Below are positions 32,001-39,720 of a DNA stretch of 64,000 nucleotides, in pieces (positions within the stretch are counted from its first letter, which is position 1; each line of letters opens with the position of its first letter). Location of the stretch: the NCBI GenBank assembly GCA_050287085.1, contig JBNKBE010000004.1, positions 1 to 64,000 of the forward strand. Direction: 5' to 3'. The notes beneath the pieces are model-generated. The model saw only the letters and a list, made by a program, of their open reading frames with translations. It did not search any database and was not told the DNA's origin. Made by a program: the position numbers and the translations under genes. This DNA is from Polyangiaceae bacterium (GTDB lineage Bacteria; Myxococcota_A; Polyangia; Polyangiales; Polyangiaceae).

Positions 32001-33077
32001 CGTGACCGGCAGATTCTGACGGAGTTGTACGAAAGCACGGGGCAATTCGATGACGCTATCGCCCAACAGCGCTTCATTCTAGCTCAGGACCCGCTGCGGA
32101 TCGAACCCTACCGCGCGCTGTACAACTTGTATCTGCGAAAGCGTGCAGCAGACGAAGCCTGGTGTGCGGTGTCGGCGATTGCCTTCATGCAGAAAGCCAC
32201 GGAGGAAGAACTTGCGTTCTACGAGCAGTACAAGCCGCAGGGTATGCTCCGTGTGCAGGGGCGGCTGAACAACGAACACTGGGTACGTCACTTGCTGCAT
32301 CCGCAGCAGAACGTCTATGTTTCCAAGATTCTGGAAGGCGTCGCAGGCGCGGCATTGCGCGCCAAGATTGCCCAGTTGAGCGACTCGGGGCGCGCACCCG
32401 ACAAGCGAGGCAAAGAGGACGTCTTCAAGTCGACCATCACACTGGCTCGTACCTTTGGGTGGACGGCTCAGGTGCTCGGGTTGCCAGTTCCGGATCTCTA
32501 CCTGCAGAAGGATGCCGACGGTGGGCTTTCGGCATTGCCTCTCGACCCACGTGCTTCTGTCGCAGGTCGCGGCGTGTTGACTGGATTTCAGAACCACGAG
32601 CTGGCGTTCTTATGCGGCAAGCATCTGGCTCTGTATCGTCCCGAGCTGTACATTCGAACGCTCTTTCCCGCTCATGCAGAGCTGATGGTCATGTTCTTCG
32701 CTGGGGTCATGATCGCGGCGCCGAACATGCCGGTGCCGGAGGAGATTGCCTCCAATGTCAGGACCACGGCTCAGACCTTGGTCCAGTACATGGATGCGAA
32801 GTCGGTCGAGTACCTGCGAGGGGTGGTCAAGCGCTTCATCCAAGACGGAGCTGCGAGGGCCAACATCAAAGAATGGAATCGCGCCGCAGAGAAGACAACC
32901 TGTCGTGCGGCCTATCTGCTCTGCGGCAGTCTAGAGGTGGCGCGAAAGATCCTGACGGCAGAGCAAGGGATCCAGGAGCTTTCGGCGGCGGACAAGATGA
33001 AGGATCTACTGGTCTTCACCTTGAGCGAGGAGTACGCCGAGCTACGTCGCGCGCTGGGCGTGTCGATTCAGGTTTGA
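23019..33077 (+). CDS. gltI: Giant cytoplasmic TPR protein GltI (AgmK-like), 3352 aa
   Basis: No signal peptide; dozens of repeats of the form A...Y..VL..DP.N..AL.ALE.LY....W..L; C-terminal DLLVFTLSEEYAELRRALG; position in the glt cluster. Confidence 0.75.
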   Translation: MDQETQNVAHGAVADEANSPVDETQIAELRANLAALVDGRPHDHIKALVALAEALPAGEEKVELFLEAAELYTNKFKNQAEAVRAYEAVLALDAANGVAIDFLRTSYEKRRDWEKLIALMKLEASRLGGDAQLAVNKEVAQLASDRIKKPQICIELWAVVLASDPNDVDALRALAQLYERDREYERFADVLERLIEFTEEREERVKLLLKLGQVTGDRLKDDSRAAEAYRLLLELEPEDRRYQEQLKKRYLALGRWDDLEMFYAQTERWDEFIRVLESNESRAEDEAQRIAMLMKVAELWMTQKGKPDRAARAYEKILTLDPENVAAADRLVPLYTTSGNAKGLVTALEIKLQYVDDVQEQVETLRQVAELYSGRLADKQLAFERLLLAFELVPEDAVAEEQAAAAAAEVGGWEPLASSLKEALANLSGAAATRVHLRLGQISEHELGDKKAALAHYQAVAEEDPTNVDALTAMERLYSEGGNAEQLLEIYERRLELEFEPAARRATQLAMARLYDAGLGRQDDAVATYQAVLVDEPDDAETLAALDDLLQRIGDMPQLAEILSRRIELESSEGGLAELKYRLARVEELDLGRPDSALEHYREVLLLNQEHVGARQALEGMLSGPLRLNAAAILETVYEVAEDWPALVKVLEIAAAAAADERQAADVLRRIAIVQATQLGNARAAFEAQCRALSAGPDESEVRAEVEHFAGLANAWDDLVVLYSELADTVDDVALSRTYLMRLGEIQTSHGAVDEAAASYGRVLDAAPSDDGALQALDRLFREASRWDDLIGVYRRRLALTSDPAESERLQREMAGIFVSKLNSPEQAIAVYKGILEEQHSAAASEALDALFESQERWGDLADNLESRLGLIMDDGERVNMLLRISALREGKLSDVHAAADGYRQALEIDPQNAAALGALERLSETAEDPLLIAEVLEPIYREQGNYEKLIGVYQLQERRESDPESKVALLQQIAGLQEDALSNATLAFDTYAQALAIDPTNEATLDALERLADLTERHHELASLYQHLGEAAADPELGGQLYMLAADTVENSLRDSAGAIELYRKVLTIDGRNLSAVDALQRLYQVTNQFDQTSLLLQQKARILEDVEDKKSALYQAATIEQDVLQEPARAVGVFHQLLEIDPEDLRSLDALIELYLRLERWPELLDVQNRKADLVFDPEEKRTILYQMGSVYEGELQDAQKAIDTYQRVLELEPDDFQALGRLDALYGASANYPELLGVLTRESELTADAAEAISYQFRIAEVYERHLDDVPRAVELYRDILAIQPMHGPTLARLEAIMQGTVAPLEAANVLEPVYEAAAEYGGLAGVLNVQVAQATDQTERVELLTRLSSLYEDQVGDSSRAFVTLKAAVREDVGNEDVLAAFERLALGLNRWAEVAEVYEEQLVDTNDPETAVAVGMRVGQVYEVQLEAPERAIAQYRAVLELEPEKAAALKALDRLYNETENYEALAQVLRQQARLEQGTDESLVFKQRLGELLQTSLGDAAAAIAVYGEIVEENPEHVGARAALEAMFAAGTLPVEVGNVLAPLYQNAGEWGKLNEVRLAQLERIEDPERRLAVYYDLAQDTEEQLLDVGSAFAVYAAALAEAPLDERTGLELERLAAIIDDGWTEAASTYADVISQEDVSAEVQAELGLRLARVYEEELADPDKATESYRFVLSVSPGEPRALDNLDRIFSSLEEWTDLAEVLELRANTAENDRERIELLCRLGEVYEEQLAQLESAERVYRRIFDDLDGTEPRAIEALSRIFDKREAWPELARVYERQLELVGTPYDEAEVRAKLARLSWDKLGNLEAAAEGWRRVIELRGEDGEALTGLADIYEHQERWPELSDVLERHYDLAESDEERVFALSRRAQLSSKYLGRDDEALETWRRVLEIDFENVAALEAIAAIYRGRNEASELVSALHALVDQGAERLDDERKVAAYRELGLLYSEQLSQPFDAIDAFNHLLEVRPDDLDAIDRAEQLYRGEDNWAEVVRVKTLRADALTEPQEKVRELLEVTELWRHQLENYDGATEALTKIVEAEPLHESAFGELEKLHRAAARWEPLIELYLGRLEHVEEAAARSDLWRRIAKVLEDKLEDNEQAFVALDQSFKENFFDEATADYLGRMAHATGKWKELIASTQEVLERQTEKKAKIQLCLTLGKWNGEELGMTEYAETYYGQVVTLDPSNVRVRRQIASSARLRGELAKAREILEQAEKAAVKNEDLKLVYVDLGDLHRKHLGDAEQGITYYKRALGIDPQLVVALDALEGIYGERGQHSDLADVLRRKIAALSDNEALTEARLRLGELYEQQLGEVERAAEVYAAVVDSDETNLTALRGLERAYRASERWTDLVEVLEKQLHAVQSERDRVELLLKLAAIQEEEFLKFEGAAQRYAQALQVDASRDEAHEGLARCLRRLKRWSELVEALEAHLSEVSSSEARVPLYQQLGQVYAEELNEAQRALDAYREITLLDPTHVPALDALARLYDRQGDAHESIECLTRVAELTSDGATRVDMFYRIGKASLEKLQDTATARERFETALELDPRHKPTLAALRTILSEDGDWEGVARALEQEQAVTETPKARARLLVELGKVRDEYLAESEAALSAYRDAIEADPECEDAALPLLGHYTEEMEWARAEPLAELLVKRSKNKDRSEQHDLYNQMGRVYTSLGKHREALDAYQSAFQLDVTSQTSIRGIADVSYELEDWPTALTNYQKVLTALGDDQLEERTEIYYRLGCIKRAQGQSKQAINNFEKALTINGEHRPTLDALVSVHQEMQDWAQVAEYKRQILDSLYEDDARYDLLLEIAEVWSGEGSNVNKAIEALEEAQDLKPQAHVLLHRLLQLYQRAEEWSKMVDTIAAISELEEAPHNKARYSNAMAQIYRDKLEDPDRAVELFNEALDFDPNFLEAFERINKVLTASRSWKQLERNYRKMVFRLDKTKDAKPELKHELLYQLGLVYRDRLGNLEKAVDAFQMASSIKPDDLRDRQILTELYESTGQFDDAIAQQRFILAQDPLRIEPYRALYNLYLRKRAADEAWCAVSAIAFMQKATEEELAFYEQYKPQGMLRVQGRLNNEHWVRHLLHPQQNVYVSKILEGVAGAALRAKIAQLSDSGRAPDKRGKEDVFKSTITLARTFGWTAQVLGLPVPDLYLQKDADGGLSALPLDPRASVAGRGVLTGFQNHELAFLCGKHLALYRPELYIRTLFPAHAELMVMFFAGVMIAAPNMPVPEEIASNVRTTAQTLVQYMDAKSVEYLRGVVKRFIQDGAARANIKEWNRAAEKTTCRAAYLLCGSLEVARKILTAEQGIQELSAADKMKDLLVFTLSEEYAELRRALGVSIQV

Positions 33078-33086
33078 AAGCCGTAG

Positions 33087-33119
33087 AGACGAGGGCCCGA
33101 CCTGTGCGGGCTCTCGTCT
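33087..33119 (+). terminator. Hairpin after gltI (no clear U tract)
   Basis: AGACGAGGGCCCG / CGGGCTCTCGTCT stem. Confidence 0.5.
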
Positions 33120-33302
33120 GACGCTCACCGCGCGCTTATCGCACGCGCGTCGTCAGCGCGCGCCGCCCACGTTGAGCCTCTACCCGTGGCGGCGCCAGGC
33201 CTAGGATTCGAGTTCAGGCGTCATGGGAAGCTCGAATGGACGACCGAACAGCGCTGGCCACCTTTGTGGCAACCGACCGCGCCGGCGGACGAAGAGTCCG
33301 CC

Positions 33303-34574
33303 ATGGCAACGAGTACAACAGCCAATTCGGTAGCAGCGGTCTGGTTTCTCAAGATTGAGGAGCCGGGTCACCACCGCCGGGTGGCGCTTGGGCAGGGTGG
33401 CATGGTCACAATCGGTAGCGCCCAGGACGCGGCGGTTCGCCTGGCAGGGTTGGACATTGCACCGCACCACGCGCGCTTGGCCATTAGCGCTGAGGGGGTT
33501 CTGGTGACCGATCTGGGCTCAGCCGCTGGTACCTGGAGCGGCGGGGGGCGTGTGAGTGAGGTGCTGGTGCGGGACGGCGCTGCGGTGCGCTGCGGGTGCA
33601 GCGTCCTGCGCTTCGAGCGCCGGGTCCGCACTCCCTCGGCCACTCTTCCTGGCATCGTTGGGCGGAGCGCTCAGATGCTGGAGTTGCGAGAACAGATCGC
33701 CGCCGTCGCCCCGTTGTCATGCAGCGTGTTGATCCTGGGGGAGTCGGGCTCCGGCAAGGACGTTGTCGCTCGCGCTATCCACCAGCTCAGCAGACGAAAG
33801 GGGGCTTTTGTTCCGCTGAATGTCGGCGGACTGTCCGAGTCCTTGGCGGACAGCGAACTGTTTGGTCACCACCGCGGCGCGTTCACGGGGGCGGTTGAGC
33901 GGCGCGCCGGCGCGTTTGCCGAAGCCCGGGGCGGCACCCTCTTCCTCGATGAAGTGGCGGATATGGCGCCCCAGGTGCAAGTCAAGCTGCTGCGCGCCAT
34001 TGAGAATAAGGAGGTCCGTGCGCTCGGAGGTGCGGGGGCAACGTCAGTAGATTGTCGCGTGATTTCAGCCTGTTGGGCTCCGATTGAAGAGCGAAGTGCA
34101 GCTGGCAAGTTCCGCATTGACCTCTATCATCGACTGGCGACCATCGTGCTCCGGGTGCCCCCGCTCCGGGCGCGACGCGCCGACATTCCGGCACTGTGTG
34201 AACACCTGTTGGGGCGGCACGGAGCGGAGCTGGGGACCAAACGCGTATCCGAAGCCGCGCTCAGCCGCCTGGTGAGCTATAGCTGGCCAGGCAATGTGCG
34301 GGAGCTAAGTGCTGTCTTGTATCGAGCAGCGGCCTTCGCACCGGGCGCGGTGATCGACGAACAACACGTTCATTTGTCATTGCCGACCCACGCGGCGCCC
34401 AAGAAATGCCACGACCCGGTGGATGTCCGCGCGTTGCTGCGCGCTCATCAGGGCAATATCAGCGCGGCGGCGCGCGCCGCCGGCATGCCTCGGTCCACGT
34501 TTCGCTCTCGACTCGGCCGCGAGTTGCTGGGCTCAGCGCTCCGTGGTCTCGCCGCTGAGGAGCGCACTGCTTAG
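33303..34574 (+). CDS. FHA-domain sigma-54-dependent transcriptional activator (EBP)
   Basis: FHA (IAPHHARL...DLGSAAGT), GESGSGKD, ELFGHHRGAFTGA, GTLFLDEV, WPGNVREL, Fis-type HTH. Confidence 0.92.
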   Translation: MATSTTANSVAAVWFLKIEEPGHHRRVALGQGGMVTIGSAQDAAVRLAGLDIAPHHARLAISAEGVLVTDLGSAAGTWSGGGRVSEVLVRDGAAVRCGCSVLRFERRVRTPSATLPGIVGRSAQMLELREQIAAVAPLSCSVLILGESGSGKDVVARAIHQLSRRKGAFVPLNVGGLSESLADSELFGHHRGAFTGAVERRAGAFAEARGGTLFLDEVADMAPQVQVKLLRAIENKEVRALGGAGATSVDCRVISACWAPIEERSAAGKFRIDLYHRLATIVLRVPPLRARRADIPALCEHLLGRHGAELGTKRVSEAALSRLVSYSWPGNVRELSAVLYRAAAFAPGAVIDEQHVHLSLPTHAAPKKCHDPVDVRALLRAHQGNISAAARAAGMPRSTFRSRLGRELLGSALRGLAAEERTA

Positions 34575-34580
34575 CCCGCG

Positions 34581-36164
34581 GTGGCGAGCCAGAGAGTTGT
34601 CCCTAAGGGCGGAGGTCGGCTACAGGCCCTGGCGGTGGCGTCCCGGATATGGCACTCGCTTGGAGTGGTACTTGGCCTTGCGCTCGCCGCGTGCGAGTCC
34701 GGGGCCGCATCAGATGCCGCCGCCCCGAACGCGGCTACATCGGCGAGAGCCGACGTAGCCGGGGAACTCGAGCAAGCCTTGGCCAGCGGGGATCAGGACT
34801 CGCTCTGGCGCATTGCGGGGCGCTTGGAGGCACAATGGCGTCAGGCGGGCGTACGCGAGGACGGCTTGCTCGCGCTGCGCGCCTTGGCCGCCGTCGGGGG
34901 GGAGCGCCAGTGCGACGCTCGGCTCATCGCCGCCAGCCTCGGGTTGGAGTTGAGAGGTGAGCTCAGCGACGCCCGAACGCGACTTCGCACCGCCCGGGAG
35001 CTCCCCCGGTGCCGAGAGCGCGCCCAGGCGGTCCTGGACCTGCTTCCGGAGCGGGCGGTGACGGTGCGACAGGTGTCCCGCGAGGCGGCAGTGCAGCCTG
35101 AGGTGACCCCGGGAGGCACTCCGGACGTGCTTCGAGTGGAGCGTTATGGATCGCGCGATACGGCACGAGTCGTTGCGTTCTTGTCGGAGCCGGCCCGCTA
35201 CAGCGTTGGGGCGCTGCCGCCTCAAGGGCAACGCGGGCCCCGCCTATTCGTCGATATTGAGGGCGCGCACTACAGTGGAGCTGAGGCCCTGGATGTGGGG
35301 GGCTTGGTCGAACGGGTGCGCATTGGCCAGCATCCGACGGGGGTGCGGCTTGCGCTGGATCTCCGGGAGGTGGCGCAAGAGCGGATCTTCTACTTGCCCG
35401 AGCCCTTCCGCCTCGTGATCGACCTTTCAAGCACCCGCAGTCGTACTCTTGCGGCCGACGGAGCCATCCGTCGGGTCGTCTTAGATCCGGGGCATGGTGG
35501 TCACGATCCTGGCGCGCTCGGCCCCAAGGGGCTGCAGGAGAAAGACGTCGCACTGGATGTGGCCCACCGCGCAGCGCCCCTGATCGCGCGCGAACTCGGA
35601 ATTTCGGCGCTGCTCACGCGCGACACCGACGTTTTTGTTCCACTCGACAAGCGAGTTGCCAAGGCGAACGCGTTCGGGGCGGACCTATTTGTGTCGATCC
35701 ACTGCAATGCGAGCGAGTCGGCCGAAGGTCATGGCGTGATGAGCTTCGTTTTGGACGCTTCAAAGGACGTGGTCGCCAAGCGCGTGGCTGCTCGCGAGAA
35801 TGCGGCCTCCGAAGAAGCGGCGCAACAACTCGCCTCGGTGATGAGCCAGTTTCTGGACCCCGCAACGCTCTCGTATTCCGAGCGCTTTGCGCAGCTGATC
35901 CAGCGGGCCAGCTTGGCGTCGCTGCGACCTATGCATCCAAAGCTGGTCGACGGAGGCGTGCGGCGAGCCGGCTTCTACGTCTTGGCGGGCGCTCGCATGC
36001 CAGCCGTCTTGTTCGAGGCCTCGTTCATTTCGAACCCGAGGGAGGAGGAGCTGCTGGATACCGAGGACTATCGACAACGCCTGGCCGACAGTCTCGTCAA
36101 CGCGATTCGTGCCTACAAATCCCTGTGGCCAACCCCTGAGAAGGCCGTTCAGCTGCAACCTTGA
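34581..36164 (+). CDS. N-acetylmuramoyl-L-alanine amidase (AMIN + Amidase_3), predicted lipoprotein
   Basis: LAA-C lipobox; VVLDPGHGGHDPGA, EKDVALD, DLFVSIHCNA, FYVL...MPAVLFE. Confidence 0.92.
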   Translation: MASQRVVPKGGGRLQALAVASRIWHSLGVVLGLALAACESGAASDAAAPNAATSARADVAGELEQALASGDQDSLWRIAGRLEAQWRQAGVREDGLLALRALAAVGGERQCDARLIAASLGLELRGELSDARTRLRTARELPRCRERAQAVLDLLPERAVTVRQVSREAAVQPEVTPGGTPDVLRVERYGSRDTARVVAFLSEPARYSVGALPPQGQRGPRLFVDIEGAHYSGAEALDVGGLVERVRIGQHPTGVRLALDLREVAQERIFYLPEPFRLVIDLSSTRSRTLAADGAIRRVVLDPGHGGHDPGALGPKGLQEKDVALDVAHRAAPLIARELGISALLTRDTDVFVPLDKRVAKANAFGADLFVSIHCNASESAEGHGVMSFVLDASKDVVAKRVAARENAASEEAAQQLASVMSQFLDPATLSYSERFAQLIQRASLASLRPMHPKLVDGGVRRAGFYVLAGARMPAVLFEASFISNPREEELLDTEDYRQRLADSLVNAIRAYKSLWPTPEKAVQLQP

Positions 36165-36444
36165 CTCATAGCCGGTCCGGAACTACCCCGCCCGGGCTTC
36201 GCCAAGTCCTCGGCGTCGAGGTGCTTTCGGGTTGGGGTTCGGGCTGCACAGATGCGGAGCACTCCAAAATCCCGGCTCCGACTAGACCGTTGCCCTCGCT
36301 GCCCGCGCGCAATCATCAGCAAGGCGGTGCTGCAACCGGCTCCCCACAACCGAACCCCTCCCACCGGCCGAACCCCAAAGCGCGGGGCGCGGGCAAGCTT
36401 GCTCCCCGTACTTCCTTTCAAAGGCGCGTTCAGCGGTCGGGTGG

Positions 36445-36473
36445 TTGACGGACCCCCCGTTCGTCCCTACACT
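36445..36473 (+). promoter_or_regulatory. Sigma-70-type promoter of dksA
   Basis: TTGACG-17 nt-TACACT about 50 nt upstream of the ATG. Confidence 0.6.
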
Positions 36474-36519
36474 GCTTCGCCCCCAAGGTGGGGGTAGGGA
36501 GACTCCGACGCAGGTAACC

Positions 36520-36882
36520 ATGACCAAAGAGCAGCTAGAAATGTTTCGGCGGATGTTAGGCGCGAAGCGCGAGGAGATTGTCCGCCGCGCGGAGCAGACG
36601 TTGGAGCACGACATGAGATTGGACTCCGACGACTTGCCTGATGAGATGGACCTGGCCTCGAGCGAGTACCTTCAAGCGTTCACGTTCCGCCTTCGGGGGC
36701 GTGAAAAGAATCTGCTCGACAAGATCCAGAAGGCATTGGACCGCATCGACGCCGGCACGTTCGGCATCTGTGAAGAATGCGACGAGGAAATTGCCCTCAA
36801 GCGTCTCGAGGCCCGACCTGAGACCACGCTTTGCATTCAGTGCAAAGAGGCGCAAGAGCGGGTTGAGCGCGACTTCAGCTGA
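36520..36882 (+). CDS. dksA: DksA/TraR C4 zinc-finger transcription factor
   Basis: DEMDLA coiled-coil tip (DxxDxA); GICEEC...RLEARP...LCIQC. Confidence 0.9.
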   Translation: MTKEQLEMFRRMLGAKREEIVRRAEQTLEHDMRLDSDDLPDEMDLASSEYLQAFTFRLRGREKNLLDKIQKALDRIDAGTFGICEECDEEIALKRLEARPETTLCIQCKEAQERVERDFS

Positions 36883-36901
36883 GGCGGGTCTGCGTCGCCG
36901 G

Positions 36902-39307
36902 TCAGCGGCTGGGGGGGCCGCAGTGGATCACTTTGCCCCCGGCGGCTCCTGCGCCCGGCCCCAGTTCGAGTAGCCAGTCGGCCCGCTGGACAAATGCGTC
37001 ATGGTGCTCGATCGTCAGGATCGTGTTGCCGTCGGCGCACAACTCGTCGAGGACCTGTAGCACGCCTTCGACTTCCCTGGGGTGGAGTCCGAGGGCTGGC
37101 TCGTCCAGAGCGATCAGAGTGCGACCCGTTGCGGGGCGAGCGAGCTGTGCGGCCAGCTTCACGCGTTGGATTTCGCCTGTTGAGAGGGTGTCCAGGGGTT
37201 GGCCGAGCGGTACGTAGCCAAGACCCAGCCGATGGAGCATTTGCAGCTTGGTTGTCAGCTTGGGTATCGTGGATAGGAGCTCGCGCGCTTCGCCCACGCT
37301 GAGGGCAAGCACGCCACTGATCGCCAGGCCTCGATAGCGCACTTCCAGCGTCTCACGGTTGAAGCGCTGCCCGCCGCAGACGGCGCAGTCGACGAAGGCG
37401 TCGGGCAGGAAGTGCATTTCCACGCGGGTTGTGCCGGCGCCCTTGCAGTGCTCGCAGCGGCCTCCCCGAGTGTTGAAGCTGAAACGACCTGGACCGAAGC
37501 CCCGAGCCCGCGCCTCCGGGAGAGCCGCAAAGAGCTGGCGTAAGTCGCCGAGCGCACCGACGTAGGTGGCGATACAAGACGTTGGGCTCGGGCTGAGCGG
37601 CTGTTGATCGACCGCTATCAGCTTGTCGAAGTGGTCAAGGCCGACGAAAGCGCTGTCCGTCCCTGCGGGGGCGCGTCGGAGATGGCGCTGGAGGGCTGGC
37701 AGGAGAGTGTCCAGGATCAGGCTTGACTTGCCCGAACCGCTCACTCCCGTGACGGTCGTGAAAGCACCCACTGGCAGCGAGGCTGTCACCGACTTGAGGT
37801 TGTGAGTGCTTGCGTTGTTCACGATCACCTGCGGTCCGGAGGGCGCGACTCTGGCGTGGGTTTCCGATTGGGCCCGAAGCAGGTAGGCGCCCGTGAGCGA
37901 CTCGGGCTTGTGCTTCAGTTCTGAGGGGGACGCGGACGCAACCAAGTGGCCGCCTGCTTCCGCGGCGCCCGGGCCAAGCTCCAACACGTGGTCCACCTCC
38001 CTCAGCAGGTGGGGGTCGTGGGAGATGACAAGCACGGTATTGCCCTGGCCAACCAAGGCCCGCAGTGCCGCGACCACGCGAGCTGCGTCGCTCCGATGGA
38101 GGCCTGCCGTCGGCTCCTCCACGAGGTAGAGGGCCCCACTCAGCGCCGACCCCAACTGGGCGGCGAGCGCGACTCGTTTGGCCTCACCGCCGGACAGGCT
38201 CATCACGGGGCGCGCGATGGTCAGGTAGCTCAGCCCCAGCGCCAACAGGCTTTCGATGCGCCGCTCAAGAGCTTCAAGGACCCGCTCGCTCACCGCCAGC
38301 ACTTTGGGTGAGCTCTCCTGGCGCAGCTGGGAGATGAACGCAGCGAGTTCGTCGATCGGCAGTTGGGAGATCTCCGGATAAGAGCGATCGTTCAGTCGAA
38401 ACCACCGCGCTTCCGGTCGCAAACCGCTGCCGGCGCAAGCGGGGCACGGGGGGCCCAGGTCGCCGGCTCGACCGAGCCCCTGGCACTCGGAGCAGGCGCC
38501 CCGTGGTGACAGGCTCGAGAAGAGTCCCGGTTCTGGGATCGGGACCGGCGTATCCCCCACTTTCGGTCGCTCGCTGAGGTGCAGGGGCGCTTGGCCGTCA
38601 AGAAACCAGATGCGGACTTGACCTTGACCCTCACGCAGGGCGAGTTCCAGCGAATCAGCCAGTCGCGCTTCGAGCCCTGGCTTGTTGACGAGACGGTCGA
38701 CCACCAGCTCGACGCGCGGACTGGCTGCATAGGGCGGAGGTGCCTCGTCCAGGCTGTGCTCCCGGTCGTTGAGACGCACCCGCGAAAAGCCGCGCTTTCG
38801 GAGAGTGTCGAGCAACGCTGTCACTCCGTCGCGGCTGTCCAGCTCGCAACCGACCATGAAGCGCGTTCCTTCGGGCTGTTGGCGCAGCAGGGCGACCATC
38901 GTGTCGACCGAGTGAGCGTGCAGAGCGACACCGCTGTCCGGATGGTGGGGAAGGGCAGCTCGTGCGAAGAGCAAGCGAAGGTAGTCTGCGAGTTCTGTGG
39001 CGGTTCCGACCGTTGAGCGGGGGGAGTGCCCGCGCGCAGTATCCGCGATCGCGATCGTAGCTCCTAGCCCCTCGATGGCGTCCACGGCCGGGCGCGGCAA
39101 TTGGTCGAAGTGCCTGCGGGCGCGAACCGACAGCGCCTGCAGGAAGCGCCGCTGGCCTTCGGCATGGAGGACGTCAAAAGCCAGGGTCGACTTACCGGCA
39201 CCGCTCGGTCCCGCGAGGGCTACGAGGCGTTCGCGCGGGATTTCGCAGCAGAGTTGTTTGAGGTTGTGATGGGTCGCGCCCGTCACGCGAATTGGGGCTG
39301 TCATCAT
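36902..39307 (-). CDS. uvrA: UvrA-like excinuclease ATPase, shortened and divergent
   Basis: GPSGAGKSTLAFD..HAEGQRRF, SPRSTVGT.TE, LSGGE, GVSGSGKSSL, FSFNTRGGRCEHC, LGLGYVPLGQ. Confidence 0.85.
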   Translation of the reverse strand: MMTAPIRVTGATHHNLKQLCCEIPRERLVALAGPSGAGKSTLAFDVLHAEGQRRFLQALSVRARRHFDQLPRPAVDAIEGLGATIAIADTARGHSPRSTVGTATELADYLRLLFARAALPHHPDSGVALHAHSVDTMVALLRQQPEGTRFMVGCELDSRDGVTALLDTLRKRGFSRVRLNDREHSLDEAPPPYAASPRVELVVDRLVNKPGLEARLADSLELALREGQGQVRIWFLDGQAPLHLSERPKVGDTPVPIPEPGLFSSLSPRGACSECQGLGRAGDLGPPCPACAGSGLRPEARWFRLNDRSYPEISQLPIDELAAFISQLRQESSPKVLAVSERVLEALERRIESLLALGLSYLTIARPVMSLSGGEAKRVALAAQLGSALSGALYLVEEPTAGLHRSDAARVVAALRALVGQGNTVLVISHDPHLLREVDHVLELGPGAAEAGGHLVASASPSELKHKPESLTGAYLLRAQSETHARVAPSGPQVIVNNASTHNLKSVTASLPVGAFTTVTGVSGSGKSSLILDTLLPALQRHLRRAPAGTDSAFVGLDHFDKLIAVDQQPLSPSPTSCIATYVGALGDLRQLFAALPEARARGFGPGRFSFNTRGGRCEHCKGAGTTRVEMHFLPDAFVDCAVCGGQRFNRETLEVRYRGLAISGVLALSVGEARELLSTIPKLTTKLQMLHRLGLGYVPLGQPLDTLSTGEIQRVKLAAQLARPATGRTLIALDEPALGLHPREVEGVLQVLDELCADGNTILTIEHHDAFVQRADWLLELGPGAGAAGGKVIHCGPPSR

Positions 39308-39430
39308 AACGCCTTGGCGTACCCGCAGCGGCCGTGAGGCCGCTGTGGGTACAGACTTGCTGCGGCTTGCTCGTTCGCCGCCATTGACTTACTGTTCACA
39401 ATCACGCACCAGTGGTGGCGCAAAGAATAA

Positions 39431-39504
39431 GGGCCTATAGCTCAATTGGTCAGAGTCCCCGGCTCATAACCGGGTTGTTCCTGGTTCAAGTCCAGGTGGG
39501 CCCA
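39431..39504 (+). tRNA. tRNA with CAT anticodon, most likely Ile2 (lysidine-modified); CCA not encoded
   Basis: GGGCCTA/TGGGCCC acceptor with C4 and C5; CCCGG-CTCATAA-CCGGG anticodon arm; GGTTCAAGTCC T arm. Confidence 0.9.
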
Positions 39505-39720
39505 CAAAAGACCTCGTTGGACCATCAGGTATCGGGGCGTCTTCAGGCGCGGGGGGGACAATACACCTGCTGAATTCGAGGGATCGCTTTCAGCGCAACC
39601 GATGCCGCGAACGGCCGGTCGACAACAGCTGCGTCTCGTCGCCGCGCTGGCGGGTCGCAACAGACTCCTGTACGAAGGAGCAACCCGCCCCTTCTTCATC
39701 AACAAGGAAAAAAGCTGCTC

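Noticed and set aside
23957..33121. Many antisense and alternative-frame ORFs within gltI and other genes (e.g. 24507..25538, 32162..33121)
   Set aside because: Typical high-GC shadow ORFs with Arg/Pro-rich, motif-less sequence that overlap well-supported genes
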